This document shows, in pieces, positions 48,265 to 50,638 of a stretch of DNA of 50,638 nucleotides (its first letter is position 1; every line of letters starts with the position of its first letter). The notes beneath the pieces are model-generated. The model worked only from the letters and a program-made list of their open reading frames with translations. It did no database searches and was not told the DNA's origin. The position numbers and the translations under genes are program-made. The stretch comes from an uncultured Gammaproteobacteria bacterium (GTDB lineage: Bacteria; Patescibacteriota; Patescibacteriia; Magasanikbacterales; JBBTQS01), in NCBI GenBank assembly GCA_964627525.1, contig CAZVIA010000007.1, positions 1 to 50,638 on the forward strand. The letters are read 5' to 3'.

Positions 48265-49473
48265 ATGAAAAATTTTAACTACTGGGTGATTGGTGCAATT
48301 TTATTTTTGTTTGCTTTAGGTGGTTTGTTTGTTTTTGTAAAACTTCAACAAGAAGTAGTTGTAGATTATTCATCAACTCAATTAGCAAACCCTTCTGTTG
48401 CAATGGATGCAAAAGGAAATTTTGTCGTTGTGTGGGAGGATAAAGATGGAGCTATTTTTGCAAAACAATTTTCAAAAAAACTAAAACAACAGTCAGAAAA
48501 AATAAAAGTAAGTTCGCATGTTAGGACTGAACAAAAGAGTCCAACTATTTCATCAGATCCTCATGGAAATTTTGTTGTGGTGTGGGAAGCTTTGGCAAAC
48601 AAAAATTATGGTTTAGATATTTTTGCACAAAGATTTAAAAATAATGGAGAAAAAAGAGGGGATACAATTTTAGTTAATTCATTTTTGCCAAGTGACCAGC
48701 GAAATCCAAAAGTTTCAATGGATGCACAAGGAAATTTTGTTTCAAGTTGGGTTAGTTGGGAGCATGATGAAATAAAAGGCTACAAGATCGCAGTAAAAAA
48801 ATATGAAGTTAGTGGTGAGGTAAGGGAAGAAGAATTTTTTGTAGATCAAAGCGTAATTAATTCTGAAAAATCTTCCTCAGCAGAAAAAATTTATTCAATG
48901 AGTGCTGATGCTGATGGGAGTTTTTTGTTGGCATGGGTTTATTCAGTTAGTGGTAATGGTGGTGGCTCAAGTATTTTTGCAAGAAAGTTTTTGCCAACAG
49001 GCGAGCCAGTTGGAAAATTATTTCAGTTAGATGGTTTTACACAAGCACAAGAAAAACAAGTTGCTAGTGATATGAACAGTAAAGGTGTGTGGGTTGTGGC
49101 TTGGAAAAATATCGGAAAAATTTTTGGAACAATTATTTCTGATGAGGAACCGATAGGGCAGTTTGAAATTGATTCTGATTTGTTAAATATAAAAAATCCA
49201 GCAGTGGCAATTGATGAAGATGGAAGTTTAGTTGTTGTTTGGGAAAGTGATCAGGGAATTTTTGCACAATGGTTTGATTCTGCTGGAAAGCAACTTGGCA
49301 CAAAACAAAAAATTAATCTTAGAGAAAAATTTACACACACAAATCCAAGTGTTGAACTTCATAACACAAAAGCAGTTGTGAGTTGGGTTCAAACTACTTC
49401 GCGTAAAAGCAAAATTCTCACGACAATAATTTCTAAGCCAATTACAAAATCAATTACAAAACCCCAACACTAG
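48265..49473 (+). CDS. Membrane-anchored repeat protein, probable 7-bladed beta-propeller
   Basis: N-terminal TM; seven P-x-V-x-x-D-x-x-G-x-F-V-V-x-W repeats. Confidence 0.75.
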   Translation: MKNFNYWVIGAILFLFALGGLFVFVKLQQEVVVDYSSTQLANPSVAMDAKGNFVVVWEDKDGAIFAKQFSKKLKQQSEKIKVSSHVRTEQKSPTISSDPHGNFVVVWEALANKNYGLDIFAQRFKNNGEKRGDTILVNSFLPSDQRNPKVSMDAQGNFVSSWVSWEHDEIKGYKIAVKKYEVSGEVREEEFFVDQSVINSEKSSSAEKIYSMSADADGSFLLAWVYSVSGNGGGSSIFARKFLPTGEPVGKLFQLDGFTQAQEKQVASDMNSKGVWVVAWKNIGKIFGTIISDEEPIGQFEIDSDLLNIKNPAVAIDEDGSLVVVWESDQGIFAQWFDSAGKQLGTKQKINLREKFTHTNPSVELHNTKAVVSWVQTTSRKSKILTTIISKPITKSITKPQH

Positions 49474-49490
49474 TTTAAGTGTGGGGTTTG
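49460..49490. terminator. Bidirectional hairpin between convergent genes
   Basis: AAACCCCA-ACACT...AGTGT-GGGGTTT. Confidence 0.55.
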
Positions 49491-49511
49491 TGTGAGTAGA
49501 GTGTAAAACTC

Positions 49512-50099
49512 TTACTTTTCTTCAAGTTGCATGTGTTCAGCAATTGATGCTCGCATGCTATTCATAAAAGATTTTCTGTGAATCATGTGAACAGGTATGT
49601 TTGGGTCTCCAATTCTGCCATAAAGAGCAACATGGTAACGGTCATAGTTGTTGGGTAATTTTTTTTCACAAGTATTTTCAATACCATAGTAGCTTGTGTC
49701 TGGAACAGATGGTCTGGTGCAGAGAAACAAGTCTGTGTTGTGTGCTACAAAGCCAACTAGTTCCAGTTCAAGGTATTGTGCTATGCGTGGATTTTCGAAA
49801 ACCGGAGTGTGAATTCCACAAAGCACATTTTTGCCAAAGTCTGCTGCAGGCCTTAGTGTGATTGTGCGTGAAAACTTAAAACCAAGATAATCGCTTATGA
49901 TCAGGTCAACAGCATCTTCATCAGGAATTTCTGCACAAAACACCGCAACATAAGTATCAACACCAACATGTTTGTAAATATCTTCATATGTATCTTCAGA
50001 AGCAAGCTTCCAAAAAGCGTAAATTCCAACAACCAAAGCAATGGTGGTACCAATCAGTATTCCATACAACCAAGGGTGTTTGCGTATATTACTTGTCAT
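49512..50099 (-). CDS. Single-TM hypothetical protein (ORFan)
   Basis: 195 aa; N-terminal hydrophobic helix; SD GGGAGG. Confidence 0.7.
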   Translation of the reverse strand: MTSNIRKHPWLYGILIGTTIALVVGIYAFWKLASEDTYEDIYKHVGVDTYVAVFCAEIPDEDAVDLIISDYLGFKFSRTITLRPAADFGKNVLCGIHTPVFENPRIAQYLELELVGFVAHNTDLFLCTRPSVPDTSYYGIENTCEKKLPNNYDRYHVALYGRIGDPNIPVHMIHRKSFMNSMRASIAEHMQLEEK

Positions 50100-50192
50100 G
50101 GTCTACCTCCCATCTCGTTGCTGTTGTTTGAGTTTGCAACGAGAAATTACAATACAAAAAATAGTGTATTTTGTCAAGCTCACTATGAAGGG

Positions 50193-50221
50193 TTGACTAA
50201 TTTTCTTAATAATGATATAAA
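50193..50221 (+). promoter_or_regulatory. Promoter for the right terminal gene
   Basis: TTGACT-17 (ending TGn)-TATAAA; implies a ~115-nt 5' leader. Confidence 0.6.
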
Positions 50222-50344
50222 TAATTGTCACTTAGTGGCCTGCGTGAGGCAGTTCCTCATTTTGATTTCTTCTCAATAGTTAATCATTGTGCTGGTTGAA
50301 AAACTTCTGCAATGTTCTGCTATTGACTGGAAAAGGAGAGAAAG

Positions 50345-50638
50345 ATGTCTAAGCACATGACGGTTAAACAAGTTAATCGTTTGACAGCGATTGATCTTGC
50401 TGGTAAAGGAGTTGGGCAAGAAGTTCAAGAGCTGATTCGCAGATTGGAATCTGGTGGAGTTGCTGGTAGTAGCACTTCCAAGAAAAAGGCAGTTCAAGGC
50501 AAGGGTCCAGATGCAGATCTGCGAACCCAACAAGCCAAACTCCTCTGGGACAAAAGGTTTGGCAAAACTCTTGGTTACAACATGTTCGAAGCTTATTTGG
50601 AAACTATTCCAGAACCACCAGAACGCCCAACTGATCTC
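50345..50638 (+). CDS. Partial hypothetical protein (98 aa visible, runs off the right end); paralog of the gene at 1-282
   Basis: Manual translation: MSKHMTVKQVNRLTAIDLAGKGVGQEVQELIRRLESGGVAGSSTSKKKAVQGKGPDADLRTQQAKLLWDKRFGKTLGYNMFEAYLETIPEPPERPTDL; SD AAGGAG. Confidence 0.85.
   Translation, partial: MSKHMTVKQVNRLTAIDLAGKGVGQEVQELIRRLESGGVAGSSTSKKKAVQGKGPDADLRTQQAKLLWDKRFGKTLGYNMFEAYLETIPEPPERPTDL
50531..50638 (+). repeat. Right copy of terminal inverted repeat (partner 1-108)
   Basis: Same alignment; both copies end at the same aligned codon (Leu). Confidence 0.95.

Overview
A 50.6-kb AT-rich bacterial chromosomal segment in the standard genetic code, most consistent with a Patescibacteria/CPR (Parcubacteria-type) genome. 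This is inferred from the gene set, two TrmB-family regulators, SD-less core genes, and short PrmC and EF-Ts. The backbone is housekeeping: secE-nusG-rplK, rplA, alr, gyrB, rodA, rplY, rpmE-prfA-prmC, rpsB-tsf, gap, thyA-folA-dcd, tmk, gatB, pgk, eno, gpmI, manC-like, mltG and three tRNAs (Gly-TCC, fMet, Gly-GCC). It is interspersed with more GC-rich single-gene cassettes that carry strong Shine-Dalgarno sites. Highlights: (1) both ends run outward through paralogous genes and stop at exactly the same aligned base (gapless 108-nt inverted repeat, 85/108 identical); (2) a ~415-nt structured non-coding transcription unit (7850-8265) with its own promoter and terminator that matches no RNA family I recognise; (3) a divergent pair of signal-peptide, beta-barrel-like genes in a presumed monoderm, one frameshifted; (4) a structured element after tRNA-Gly bounded by copies of the tRNA 3' end; (5) a deaminase/DNPH1-like N-hydrolase fusion in a thymidylate operon; (6) a twin-arginine-motif protein with a clan-CD-like His/Cys dyad. 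No CRISPR array, integrase, transposase or reverse transcriptase was seen. All family assignments come from motif recognition by eye, not database searches.
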